The translations under genes and the position numbers were made by a program. A stretch of 64,000 bases of DNA from Marsupella aquatica (taxonomy: Eukaryota; Plantae; Marchantiophyta), in the NCBI GenBank assembly GCA_973895155.1, contig OZ316891.1:2471324-2535323 (forward strand), written 5' to 3'. Under the pieces are notes generated by a model. That model did not search any database. It had not been told where the DNA came from and worked only from the letters and a program-made list of their open reading frames with translations. This document shows, piece after piece, positions 13,726 to 26,581 of the stretch (position 1 is the stretch's first letter; each line of letters opens with the position of its first letter).

Positions 13726-14276
13726 GGGTGTCTCAAAGGCTGGCATTAACTAGATAAAGCCCTGGCTCCCATAACTCCAGTCTTACAAGAACTCCTGTAA
13801 AAGTTATGGGAGCTGATCTTCAGCTATCCTAAGGAAAGTCTGCGAGCTCAACATTTAACCCGTAACTTTCCCGCAACTTTAGGCTCAATCCAGAACTCCA
13901 AATTTCCAAGACTCCAAAACTCCAAAAAGCCACAATTGAAGGCACGTGGACTTTGCACCTAACATGGTGATTGCTGCTTCACCCTAAACTTTGCACAATT
14001 TGAGGTGGCCGCTAATCAAAGAATGAAGGAATAAAAGATTTTAGGCTATGAGACAGGTGAAGCAGTACCTCTTGCCTTATGGGGCAGATCAATGCTACCT
14101 CGCCCCATTTTTAAAATTTCATAATCGGGCGGTAATAGGTCCCATAACCCCCATAACCTGAGTTATGGGGATACACCACAAATCTGTAAACTTTCACTAA
14201 CGACCCAGCTTACACCACAAATCTGTAAACTTTCACTAACTAAACTTTCACTAACGACCCAGCTTTCGAGACGCCC
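13726..14276. mobile_element. Tourist/PIF-Harbinger-like MITE (~550 bp)
   Basis: Terminal inverted repeats GGGTGTCTCAAAG ... CTTTCGAGACGCCC flanked by TA on both sides (tta|...|tat). Internal cccataac/gttatggg motifs and a 39-bp internal duplication at 14173-14265; no ORF. Confidence 0.68.
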
Positions 14277-14631
14277 TATTAGCCGCGGGATCTCCGAATA
14301 GACCAGAAGAAACAACAATCCTCTCGAGAGCTTGGAAGCCTCGTCTCTCAGGACTGCACTCCTTGCGATGGCAGAGTCTAGGTTGGTGCTTCGATTGGCC
14401 GAATGAGAAAATGGACACAGCGCAGCGGAGCGGAAGATTGTTCAGCCGGAAGCTATACTCGTTTCTCCATTAAATTTCTTCCAGGAAATTGTTTGTGGGC
14501 GGATCAGGTGGAACTGTGGAAATGCTGCTGGAATTGGATGGGAGGAGTCTGTAGCCGGCGGCCATCAGCGTCGGCACCTCCGGTTTGATCTCGGGCAGGA
14601 GAAAGAGTGGAGCAGGAGGAGCTCGATCGCC

Positions 14632-15456
14632 ATGGATCAGCTTGAAATGGGGCCTCCAGGTCCAGTGCGGTATATCATTGGGGCGGCGGTCATGATGGTT
14701 GGAATCGTGCTGCCTGTAGGATACATGATGTTTAGAACCAAGCGAGTGCCCAACTCCTCCGGCTATGCCAAGCAGACGTAGGTTTGTTTGCTTGCTTGCC
14801 TGGTGGAAGACCTGCCGTGCCTGTGCCTGACAGAAGCATCATGTTTGTGAAGGATTGCTACTGCGTGCGCTCTCTGCCCTATCTACGTGTAAAGTATGTC
14901 TGAAAACTATCAAACATGGCATGGACTGGAATGGAATTGAGAGTCTTCTTCGTCTTTATGGTGTGGGAGGCACGCAGCCGATGTTGCAGTGGAGTTTGTT
15001 TGGTTTTTCAGGTTATTTCGACTGACCGTCTTGTTGGATGAGTTGTGTTTGCAGACAGGTGGAACACGAGGCACCTTCCCGTTTCTTTTGATCTCCTCGG
15101 TACTAGCAGCAGCAGCAGTTGGATTTGGGATTAGTAGTGATGCCGGTGACAAATTTTAGCAGCGCGGTGGGGAGGCCTGAAGGTTGTTATTAAGACGATT
15201 TGTTTTTTTGTCTCACGTACCTCGTCTGTTGCTCTTACACTCCTACAACGGGGAAGACAAGATGTATGGCAACTTTCGGACCCACAGCTATTCTGACGCA
15301 CGCAGCCGCCCGACCAATCTCGAGAGGAGTGAGTGTTCGACTACCTTAAATATGATGCTACCCCCACCCCAGATTGCTGTTCTATGTTCGTTGTCGATGT
15401 TCTGCAATGTTTGGTCCAGGAACCGTATTCTATGGAATGAGCGCTTAGTTGCCTGA
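14632..15456 (+). CDS. Small single-pass membrane protein (49 aa unspliced, 60 aa spliced)
   Basis: gccATGG start. 14632-14781 encodes MDQLEMGPPGPVRYIIGAAVMMVGIVLPVGYMMFRTKRVPNSSGYAKQT*. A donor at 14777|GT joined to the acceptor at 15420 adds NRILWNERLVA*. From memory it resembles a conserved plant small-protein motif (LPxGYMMFRNKRVPSSSSYSKQT); no search was run. Confidence 0.82.
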
Positions 15457-17624
15457 TTACCAAGGAAGCCAGAGAGATCCATTCACTCCTCAAGCATACT
15501 AATGGTGCAGAATTCGTTCTCAATTGAAGCAGCGGTTCTGTTGCCACCTGTGGTTAGGCTCGGCGGACTTGAAATGAAGTCGAACAAATAGATTGCAATT
15601 GACCAGGTGATACGTGCAGTACTCAGCTTCCCGATGGTCGTCCTGACCTTGGATTTGGCAGTGGTCGGGAACCTCTTATCTCCATATGGCTCGTAAACAG
15701 GAAGTACGCCGTTTAGAGGATCTGTGGCGTTTGCTAGAGGAATGTGTGCTAAAGGAATGTGCCAAGATATCACCAAATTGGCACGAGTCGCACAATGCTT
15801 CTATGGCACGCAAACGATTGGTTTGTCCATGAAATCTTAGTTTTGTAAATAGTTTGACGCTGACTAAATCCTGTCGACATGGTAGTCGACCCGAAGACGA
15901 TAATTTTTGCACTGGGACGTCAGAACTTGGTGTTACTTTTTCTGCAATATCTCATTGTACTCCAAGAAGCCGTTTGCCCTGCGTGGATAATTACCAAAGT
16001 TCCCTTCTCAAGATGGACTGCGCAAATCTTTTGAAATCTTTTGGCAGGATTACTCCTCATGTAAACTTAGCAGCTGGAATGAAAAATACTTTTTGTAGTG
16101 TCTTCTTGATTGATTAATATCGTGTTGTGCTCCAGCTATGAATCACCAAGCTGATTTCTGAACTTCTTTATGCTGTTCACAGGGAAATGCAAGCTGCCCC
16201 AACGTCGACCGTAAGTCGGCGCTGGAGGGGCCTTTGATATATGAGGACTACAGGCTCAAGCTGGTGGGAGGAAGTTTGATTGAACGGCGTCAAAAACTCT
16301 ACAACCCATAGCATTCCCAGAATTCGTAGGTGCAAGGTTCTGTAAAATCCAGAGAAATGGGAGCATAGCATCTTTCCAGAAAGTGTTTGAAGCCTGTTAT
16401 GGTGATCCCAGTGCTTAATGCATGGCTTCGTAAAAGAGTTTTTGAAGCAGGAAGGGAGGTCCTCGTCAGTAGTTCCGAGTGACACATGCTTCTGGGTAAT
16501 TGCCCAGTAGAAACGTCTGCTGAATGTGAAACATAGGGAACGTGCAGAGGTGTTGCAGAATATGGTTGTGTAGGATGTCCTCTAAGGCAGGTGAAACGTT
16601 GGGACGGGCTAAAAGCTAAGGTATTATCTTGGCAGATGAGAAGGATTGGAGGGTGATCTACATCCTGAGGTATTGTTTAGAAGGCCCAAAGCACGTTATT
16701 TGGTGTGGGAGCACTCCTGGAAGGCACGGATGGTCATAATCTGAGCTATCAAAAAGATTGGCAGCCTGGCAGTCTCATCAACTTCGAGGGGATGTTAGAT
16801 GACGAGGATGCCTGGGTTACTCAACAAGATGCCCTCCAGTTACGTCCTCTTAGAAGGGAATACTTCTTCGATTAACTAACTGGCTTTTAAGGGAAGAAGT
16901 TAGTGGAACTATGTTGGCACGCCAAGGCTTGGAACGAAGCGGTGATTTATTCAAATGCATTTACCGGATATGTTTAATGCCGTAAAGCTTGAAAGCAAAA
17001 AGCATTTTCTCTACATTTCCCGACAGCAAAGTTTGGAGCCAATTCCTGTTTCCTATGGTATGATGCTGAACGTTCTATCTAGTTTAGGTTAGTAATAAAG
17101 CCGGCTGTTTCAAAGACTGTAGATCCTCCACTCCGGTCAAGTACTACCAAGTAGTAATCATGGGAGGATGTGGGGATCCTTGGAGAGACGGAGACGGATG
17201 GTCAGGATATCATGCAGCTTCTAGAAAATTATCCTTCGAGGATCAAATTCCTTAGCAGTTGGATGTGCTTGCCAGGAGCTAAGTCAGTTTTGCAATAAAG
17301 CCCAATTCAGCATAGTCGGAAAACCCCAGAAGCCCGTCCCAAAGAGATTGCTCGTATTCGGTTGACGGGATTGGCAGTAACAGTGCTTGGTTTCATTGGA
17401 TCTGAGGCAGTCCAACTTCCAACTGGTTCTCTCCTTGGCTTTTGAAAGAACTTTCGGATTTGTACTTGAAGGTCGCGAGACTGACTCCTAAAGGGATACC
17501 AGCCGAAGGTGGAGAGCGCATTTTTTTACTTTACTATTTTGGATCTGTCAGTAGTTCTGGACCCCGCAAGGGGTGCGAATCAGCTACACCTATATTTGCA
17601 TGGAATACTTCATGTTCTTTCACT

Positions 17625-17835
17625 TGACTGGAAATAGGACTTGATTGAAATTTAGACTGGAAATAGGAATTCTGATCCATCGTGGGGCCAATAATTTATT
17701 GTCTGACTAATTCTTTCGAAGTTTAGATTAGGAATAAGTCTGATTCATCGTGGGGCCAATAAGTGATTATGTCTGACTGATTGTTTCGAAGTTCTGATTC
17801 ATGTTGGGGCCAATAATGTGCAATCGTCTGTCTGT
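17625..17835. repeat. Short tandem repeats
   Basis: tgat(c/t)cat..tggggccaataa...gtctg occurs three times (~17673, 17740, 17795); gactggaaatagga occurs twice. Confidence 0.8.
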
Positions 17836-19298
17836 CAGAGATGAAGAATATATCGGATTTCTCCCCGGCATGTGACGGAAACTGCTCACAAAACCCAAGT
17901 GAAAAGCTGTAGCTCTATGTGTTTCTGCCTACTTTCTTGAATAGCAATTGTAGTGGACAGTTCGATATCGAATTCAGACTCCACCCACACCATTGTTATG
18001 TCACTTCCATCAAGTGGTGACAATATAATGAATGGCACTGAAGTATCACACTTTGCTAATGAATGCATATATTGCATGTAACAAACTAAACACATTTGAC
18101 AACACAAGTACATGTTTGATGACATTGTGTAGTGAGGTCAACGGAGAATAACAATATTCTACATACTTAAATGAGATTACCATTCCTTAGTCACACAATC
18201 AACAGTTCCATTCGTTCCTCTTTCACAGAATCATCAGAGCGAGCGCGACAACGAAAGGTGTAGGATTTAAGACTTCTGAAAGCCCAGATATCATCAGAAC
18301 GAATGGAGAATTCAAAAAAACAATCCTCTTTAACATTTTCTTGTGGCAAGTACTTTCTGTACGTTTCAATCAACCACTGCCTGAATTGCACCGATGCTTT
18401 AACATGAATAGAATCTTTATCTTTTCAACCACAAAGAATGTATGTCCAAGTGGGAGTGAGAAAAAGATTCAAAACTTAGGATCAGAACAGCATGAGCCAA
18501 ACACTTGCAAACGACTTTGATGAGACTACCACAAGTGGGGAACATACCATTGACCGGTCAAGATTAGGGGCTTCCGTACTTTTCATAAGTCTTTTACATA
18601 CTCGTTTCCTCAAATGTGAGGTTTGATCGTGCTCTCGTGAATTTGGTTGAGCGCATTCAACTGTCATGCAGAAATCCATGAGTCTCTATATGGCTAGGAC
18701 AGACCTTTTTCGTCTGCAAAACGTTGAAACTGCCACTCACATTGGCAGGCTTAAGGTGGGTAATCGGCAAAAATTTGACGAGGATGGCTGTTACGTGTCT
18801 GGTGTTGACATCACAAATCCCTCACCCTCTTAAACACAGGGTTGCTCCCATTTTTCAGAACTCGGAATTCAGGTCCCAGGTCCCACTGGATCGACATCAC
18901 CTGTTTGGAAACCAGCAAACATTGAATATCTCGCCATACATGATTGAATACAAGTCTGGTACACTGCGATTGAGCGATTGCTTAGCTGTTTTTGACTTGT
19001 CATTTTCCTGAGAGATGCAGATCTAACGGTCACAGCTCTCAATCTCGAAGTGGATTCTTTACCAACCAACTCAATGAAAGCGATCGTTCTCAAACTTCTT
19101 ACTGGCAACGGCTCAGCTTTCAGTCTCTTTATAGATATTCGACGATTTTCCACGTTCATTTGTCTCATTACAACATCATATCACTAATCTTTTGGGGGAC
19201 TTCCACAACATTTACATTATGCCTTTGAAAAATCTCGAAACTTTACACATATGATGAAATGCAGTTTGTATGCAAAGCAGAACTGAGTTTACTTACTT

Positions 19299-20826
19299 TC
19301 ATCCTCTGCCTCTTGATCGAAACGAATGCTCATCAAGCCAGTCGACACTTCCTGTATCGTTGTCGGTAAGCGATCCGCATATATCGATTATGTGTTCTGT
19401 TTCCTGTAAACTTCAGAAACATTAATTTCAGTTGCATAAGATGAAAGCACCGATGTTCCTCAGTCTAAGTCCCTCACAAAGTAATACTTTCTTGCTACAA
19501 TCAAAGTGAGCTCTTGAACAATAATCTCAAAACAAGACCATGTGGAGTGAGCAGTAGACTATAGCTGGAAATTTTCAACTAGAGGTCTTGAGGCACCTTT
19601 TCACAGAAAATCTGATCAAACTCCCGAGTTCAATCGTATGCCGGTTATCTAATTTACTTATCCAGGCTCGTCCATTATGGTGCTGCAAGGAAACTTCCAC
19701 ACATTAACTCATCACAAATGTGCTTGAATCCGCAAAAATAGACAAAACCGCTTAGAGTCAGCCCTTGCAGATCTATCTGAATACAAAAAACATCAAAGAA
19801 AAAGATCACACATTTAGAGCTGAAAGACGTACTGCTGTGGAATATTCCAGGTCATCCCTTATATCATCAACTCCAATAATTGTGTTGAAAAGCCCCAACA
19901 CTACCACACCAATATAATCCTTTTCAACCTTGTTCACCTTGCCATCTGTTCCAAGCAAACATTATTATTTCCAAGCACGTTTCTCTTGCTGAGATCTAGC
20001 ATTTCACTCTTAGCTCAATTCTTCTCAGAATGCACTGTGTCCTCGTCCCTACCCGATATCTCAAACCTTAACAATAAAATTTGCAGGGGATTTCAACTCC
20101 GTGCCGCAAATGGCACAGCCCACAATCTCCTTCTCTGCCTGTATTACTTCAAGTTCATAATTTCCATGCGATTGTGATTCGGCATTTATCATAGTCATCT
20201 CGCCTGGAGAGGCTTAAGAGACTTTTACAGTGCCACGATATTTTCATTTGTACAAGAGAAGTAACACGATCTCAGGAAAAAACATCCAACATCACAGGAA
20301 CGAATAATAGAATTTGCAGGCTCGAAAAGTTGGAACCTCTTCAGGCCGCTACAAAACGTTTCTTCGCAGGAAGAGGGACAAGAAGGAAGGGGGGGCGCGG
20401 TGGAGCCAAAGATAGAGACCCCACCAATCTTCATTCCAAGAGCCGGTGAGAAGAGCAGCAACTTGGCCGTCAGGTTAACATGGAAGTAAGGATTTAGTCC
20501 GGAGAGGATCTTCGCGGTGTGACCAACAAGCTTGGGGGATAGGTACGCCAGAATTACACCTTCAAACTGCTCATTAAACCTGTAATCAACACATGAGAAC
20601 AACAGAACCGCGGCTATAACGTCAATTGACATCTAGAGCCTCTCAAATCACATCGAATCAATGATCAGGTTTTGCGAAAGTGGACACAAGTCTGGAAAAA
20701 GGACACCATTTTGTACCTAAGAAGGAGAGAATTGAGTATCTCGTGCACGCCCTGAGGCACATCCGCTGCGCGAGATGGGTGTACATACGCCGCCACTTTG
20801 GCCCTCACTGTCCGAATGCCTTCCAT
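19299..20826 (-). CDS. RPA43: DNA-directed RNA polymerase I subunit RPA43-like, 191 aa
   Basis: Exons 20826-20717, 20579-20425, 19945-19833, 19682-19597, 19410-19299 (576 nt, in frame; the last acceptor is AAG). Protein: MEGIR...YVHPS...LNSLLLRFNEQFEGVILAY...AKILSGLNPYFHVNL...LLLFSP...GKVNKVEKDYIGVVVLGLFNTII...GSL...TGSVDWL. Confidence 0.9.
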
Positions 20827-22039
20827 GCTGACCCACGCCCTGCCACGAGGAGAAGGATCTGCTGGCAATTCTGCCCCAATTCCGGCAAGTACGAGCGCGT
20901 TTGACCACCAAAAAATTGTCAAACAGCTCCTCTCTCAAAGCACGAGAAGGGCTGAGAAGACTTAGAGCTTGTTTATTCTAAATTCTACATGATGATGGTC
21001 GAAATAGACTCCGAGTGTCACCTGTTTTCTGGTCTCAAGCTGCTCACGAGAAGAAGCTCTCGCGATGGTCGACCTGAACACGAATTTTGCTAGCAACGAG
21101 AGGGAAATGGCTTTAGGGTTTAAGATCACTCCTAGAGATTATCGACCATGGACAGAATTGGTGTCGAGCTGACTGTGCAGCTACCGTAGTAGTAACTTGG
21201 TTTTACACTGCAACTACGCAGTGGTAACGTGGTTAGCCAAAATAATTTGCAGTCCCAAAAACCTTTTTCTAGCTTACTTTTCTGGGTACTTTTTTTTTCC
21301 AATAAAACCGGCGGAGGACAGGCCAAAAAGAGGCAACAAAAAGAGCCCCAAAAAACAAAGGCAAGGGCACATGAGACAGACCCATCAAAGGAAGAGATAA
21401 GAGTACTCTCAGGCAAACCTCAAGGAGACCAAAAGCACCTAAACTACTAAGAGAACTGAACAGCCCACCAAGGAATCCCAGAGACAAGGGAGATACTTTT
21501 CGAATCTTTTGTTCACACACTAGCCAAAACATGCTCCAGTCTAGGATTTAACTTGCTCTCCATTTCCTAAGATTTCCCTGCTTGTTTTTATCAACCCACC
21601 ATTTCTGGAAAAATCACACTTTAGCGCTACGTGCCAAAAATAATAAAAATAATAATCATGGACCTAGTTATGACTGCTGTCTTTCAACTCATATGGCCAG
21701 ATTTAGAAACATTTCAATTTGCTCCCTGACACACTTTGACAGTTCTGTGCAGCAGTGACCTGTAAAGCATGTTCAACCAGGTGGAGCTGGTGTTCTGGTG
21801 TTCTGTCCAATGTCTTTCTTAAATTGAGGCTTCTAGGGGTTTGGATTTAGAGAAGCTGGCTCGGTTTGCTACAGTAAAGTAGTCTCTCATTAGGAAAAGT
21901 ATATCCTGCTTAGACAAGTATTTGGTGGAACCAAAGATGTCCTCAAGCTTTGGTCTATCTACACTCATAGCTGCGCTGAAGGCAAAATTAATCATATTGT
22001 GACCAAAGGTTGTGGTCACAATAGAGTGAACGCTGTACA

Positions 22040-24660
22040 GTACTGCCATTTTAATGCACACACTTAAAGTGAGTGAAGGATTTAAAAAATGTGTTGCTTC
22101 AAAGCACATTTGTTTTTTTCCTCAATCTTCACTCATCATAAATTTATTAATTGTGGACTTCTGTGAGCAGTTTTGTTTTTAGCAAAAACATTAAAATAAC
22201 CAACATTCACACATAGTGCCTTTTGGTCTGTCTTAGGAGGACTTTACAAGAAGTGGGGGCACTTGGGAGTTTTTTTCACCAAAGCAAACTGGAGGGCCAT
22301 TGCACACACTAAATATAGTGTCCCGGGGCTAAAACCATTTTTTGAATCCTTTTATTTCCCGGAGGTCTTGTAAAGCCAAGTGCAGCCAATGGTGCCAGAT
22401 TAATTGACTAAAAGACAGATTGAGGACCCACTCCACCTGAATGTCATGTAATCTTTGGCTAAAGTCTTTGTAAATGTGATAAGAGAATATCTTATGAAGG
22501 ACTTGTGGGTCCCTTTTTAATGCAAATGACTTAAAATAGAAATGGACCAACCTGCCAGAAGAAGAGACCACCAAGAGAGGTGGTCTAAAATCTAGGACAA
22601 AAGATCCAGTGCTCCACATAAGAAAAAATTGGGCCCCACTGCATTCCATGTAGGATTGATACCAGGTTTGGTTGAAAGCCCCTAACCCAATATATGCCAT
22701 GGAAAGTTGGGTTATCAATAGTAAATTCAAGCTTTGTATGATGAGTCCTTTTGGGCTTGCTTTCCAAATGAAGTATGACTTGTCAAGTTTGATTAAGCAA
22801 GTTTAATGCAAGGGAACATTTTAGTAACCTTTGTAGATTGCTAAAGCTGTGTTATCAATGCAAGAGAAAACCTTTTTTTAATAAAAATCATTATTTACTC
22901 ATTTTCAACTAACAAAGTTATTTAGTGAGGGTTCTCACTAATTGTCCTTTCATTTGTTTACAATTCACTTTTTGACGAAGTCATATTTTACTACATTTCC
23001 AACCAAAAATGTTAATTAGTTTGTGGACCCCTTGGCCAATAAAATCAGGGGGAAGAGTCGATCTGGGCCGTCTCCATTTCTTATCTCCGGAAATCTCGTC
23101 CATCCATCATAATGGCCAATCTATGGCTCAAAAGAAAGATCTCAAATAGATCTATGGATGGGTTCTATCCCTTTTGCAAATGGGTTAATATTTTTCAAAT
23201 GAAAAATTAAACAAATCCAAGCCTTCCTAGCCGTCAATTTTGTTGATTTACAATCTTTGCCGTCCATTTTGTAATGCCTCTAGAAATCTTATTCATCCAT
23301 GTTAGAAGGCGATCTAGGGTGCAAAAGAAAGATCTCAATGAGATCTACAACTGGGTATTTTTTTGTTTTGAGAATGAGTAAATAGTTTTGACTATAAAAT
23401 TTGATGAACTTTCAAGATTCCAGCCATTCCTCCTCCCCGATCCTGGGTTTTTATGTGCTATTCCCAACATTAATGGTCGTACAATATGGGAGATCCTTAA
23501 ATACCGGGAGTTGCGATTTAACTAGAAAGTTATCAAGTCAATTACTAGTCATTATTTATTATATGAAAAATAATTTTTATAAATCTTTGAATTTAAGTTT
23601 TAAAATTGGAAATGTAACTAAGACAGATACATAGTGACAGTTTTAACCGTCTTGCTCTTTGCATTTCCAATGTTTTTACTTTTCTTTTTACGACACTACG
23701 TCCCAAAATTTACACCCAAATTGACACAAACACGAATGAAAATTATAAATTTGATTCACAAAACCGAAAAATCTTGTTTGTTGCGGTTATTGTTGACGTG
23801 ACACGCTGTGGTGCCAAGAATTTTGGAAGGGACCTCTAGTGGGGTCCATAATTATTTCATGCTTTCATATCAAGCCCATTGAATGATTCTTACTTCAGCT
23901 CAAGAAAAGTATTCAAAATAGAAAAGCCTTCAAAATAAGATTTCAATTGTTTTTTGGAAGAATTTTAGAATAATTGCGCAAAGTCAAATGACACTACTAT
24001 AAATTCATACCTGTTTTGACAAATTTCATTTGATATTTCCGACAATACACAGCAGACAATCGGAGAATACAAATCGGAGAGTACAGTCTGTGGTCATTTA
24101 TTATAACACCTAGTTACTAGTTATTTTAGTATACGATTTAACCTTCACAAACTTTGAAGAAGGTAAAGGCACGGAGTCAAGGTATTGGAGACAGGGCAGC
24201 CTGCTTGCTTGTCTGCTTGTTTTTGGTCTGGTGGCTCTCCTTTTTTATCACCTCTGAGACTCAATTGGACCATATAAAGAGTGGTAAGGGCTCGTTCATG
24301 TATGGTGTATACTAGTCCTACCAGGCAAAGAGTGAACCCAAGAACATGCTGATGTGGAGTGTTTACTTTGCATAGGATTTTAGGCCACATCCAGAGGTGG
24401 CCCAAATATTTGCAAAGTTTGGCTCATTCTTCCTTTATTGCAGTTCATTTAGAAGGATTTTTGGTTTGGAGTCTATCTTTAGACTAAGAAATGGCCCCCC
24501 ATGCTTGCTTTCGTGAGAAAAGTCACAAGTGCCCCAACTTTCTGTAAAGCCCACTCTTAAACCACCACTCTCCACCAGGTTCTGGGAGGACTAAATAGAG
24601 CCATTTTTTACTGTTTTAAACTCATTTTGGTTTATTTCAGTGGTCCACGAGGTTTCCTTT
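22040..24660. mobile_element. Non-autonomous DNA-transposon relic with long degenerate inverted repeats
   Basis: 22233-22300 (ttaggaggactttacaagaagtgggggcacttgggag...gggccat) is the diverged reverse complement of 24491-24560. The interior is AT-rich with ~195-bp direct repeats at 23085 and 23277 (aaaagaaagatctcaa..agatcta). The boundaries are approximate. Confidence 0.5.
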
Positions 24661-25639
24661 GGGGACAGTGGCGCTTTATGGTTGTTGGCCTGGGGTTGCT
24701 TGAATGAAGTTTAGGATGTTGCTCAATCCTGCAAACCATCTTTTACTTTCCTGCCCCCAAAACACTGTAGCCAAAATTACTCACCTGTCCAAAAACTACA
24801 GTAGGTTATTTATAAGGTTACCCCCATTGGGTGTATGGCTTTGCTTAACAAGACTAGACTGACCCAAGATGATATGCAAGTGAGCTGGGGACAGAGGTGG
24901 CTCCTAATTTGTCCAAGCTAGCTCCCTCCAAACCTTGAAAGTGGGGGTAATGAAGGGGACAAAGATGCTCGTTTTTGCTCATAGACAATGGTAGACACAT
25001 GCATTCTAGTGAGTATCAAATGGGAGAATCTGGTCCAAGGTGAAAGTAAGGTTGGAGGGGTTAGCACATGCAAATCATGCGCTTCCATTTGTTCACAACC
25101 TGCTAGTTAGATTAGTCTTGGGGGCAAGTCAATAAAAATTTGAACAATTCCGGGGATAAATAGTAAACAATTATTTTGTCGGAAACAAGACTCAGACCTG
25201 ATTTGCAATTATCCTGATAATGATAACATGAATGGGCTAATTTTGAGTTATTATAGTATTGTATCAATTATTATAGTGTAGGGCTCATTGTAGTGGAACA
25301 CAACTAGACGTGTTTAGACATTAAAAATAAACAGGCACTGTTGTCCTATATGCTTTTTCGGTGACTGTCAATCAGAACCAGCAGCCCCACTATTGATCTT
25401 TCTTACCTGATTTTATTCAACGGTCTGGAAGGTGGCTCATGGCAGTTCGTGAAAGATAAAATCTTCTCATCAAACCAGTAAAAGGCCACAATCGCCACCG
25501 GCTGGCATCTTGAGATCATCATCTCCTGATTTTAAGGCAGTGCTGTGCTTTGTCCTACACAATGAAACTTGACCTAAAGGTACTACAGACTGATGAATAG
25601 ATTCAATGCAGTATCTACAATTTCAATACATATCATCAA

Positions 25640-25890
25640 AGGGTAACAGTAGAAAGGGTAGCACCATGGAGAAAGAATGGTCATCAAAGCTTGTCAAACC
25701 ATGCAATTGTCATACTAAGATCTCCATGCGATCTGGCCAACGCTCTTGCTATTTAAATATATTTCAAGCGGTAATACCGTAATAGTAGAAAGGGTAGCAC
25801 CATGTAGAGCAGGTGAGAAAGGACGGTCATCGGAGCTCTTCAAAACATACTATTGTACTAAGATTTCCATGCAATCTGGCCAAAGCTGTT
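25640..25890. repeat. Imperfect tandem duplication (~140 bp)
   Basis: agtagaaagggtagcaccatg and actaagat(c/t)tccatgc(g/a)atctggccaa each occur twice. Confidence 0.8.
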
Positions 25891-26581
25891 GCATGAGACA
25901 ACTACTTTTTGTGTGCATGATATAGATTCGTACAAGTTACACGTCATTTGAATTGCTACAAAGAAACAAAATAGTAGGCTGTGTTTCAAAATAGCAAATA
26001 AATAATCCTCGTCAAGATTTGTGCTGCAAGATTTCAACAGGATTCTTTGTTTAAGCTGCAACATTATTTCTCATTGCTTCCGAGCCTAAATATCTACTGT
26101 TTGCGTTTTCTTAATTCCATGACATCCATGGGCATGCAGGAATATTGTCAGAAAGTTTCCGTTCTTCTTGCGTGCATATCACTCTAAAACCTTATAAACT
26201 CTTCCCCCTCCAAATATATGAACATGGGTTTTTTCATTTTAAGCAGAAATGCCTTTGAACAAGTCACCTACATGCAGGCAGGTGATACCCTTGGTTTATA
26301 TTTTTGTGGTTCTTTTAATATAATTCCTACAGCTACTAGAAGTGTCTATGGTGCATAACACATTTGCACAAAACTCATACTACCATAGTAGTAATTAAGT
26401 TTACGCTTAAAATAATTACGGAGTCCAGCGCAAATATTTTGATGTCACGCGAGCCTGAGAAAGTATGCAATACGGTACATGAAATTGGGAAGGACTTAAA
26501 TTCCAGAAGCAGCGGCTCAGGAAAATTGTATGGGGCAAAATGGAAGACTCTGTTACAATCGGTCGCTAACATGTGATTTGG

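Noticed and set aside
15012-15158. Alternative in-frame second exon for the microprotein (acceptor before 15012, adding a hydrophobic tail)
   Set aside because: Possible in frame, but the 15420 exon better matches the recalled family C-terminus; not supportable without RNA data.
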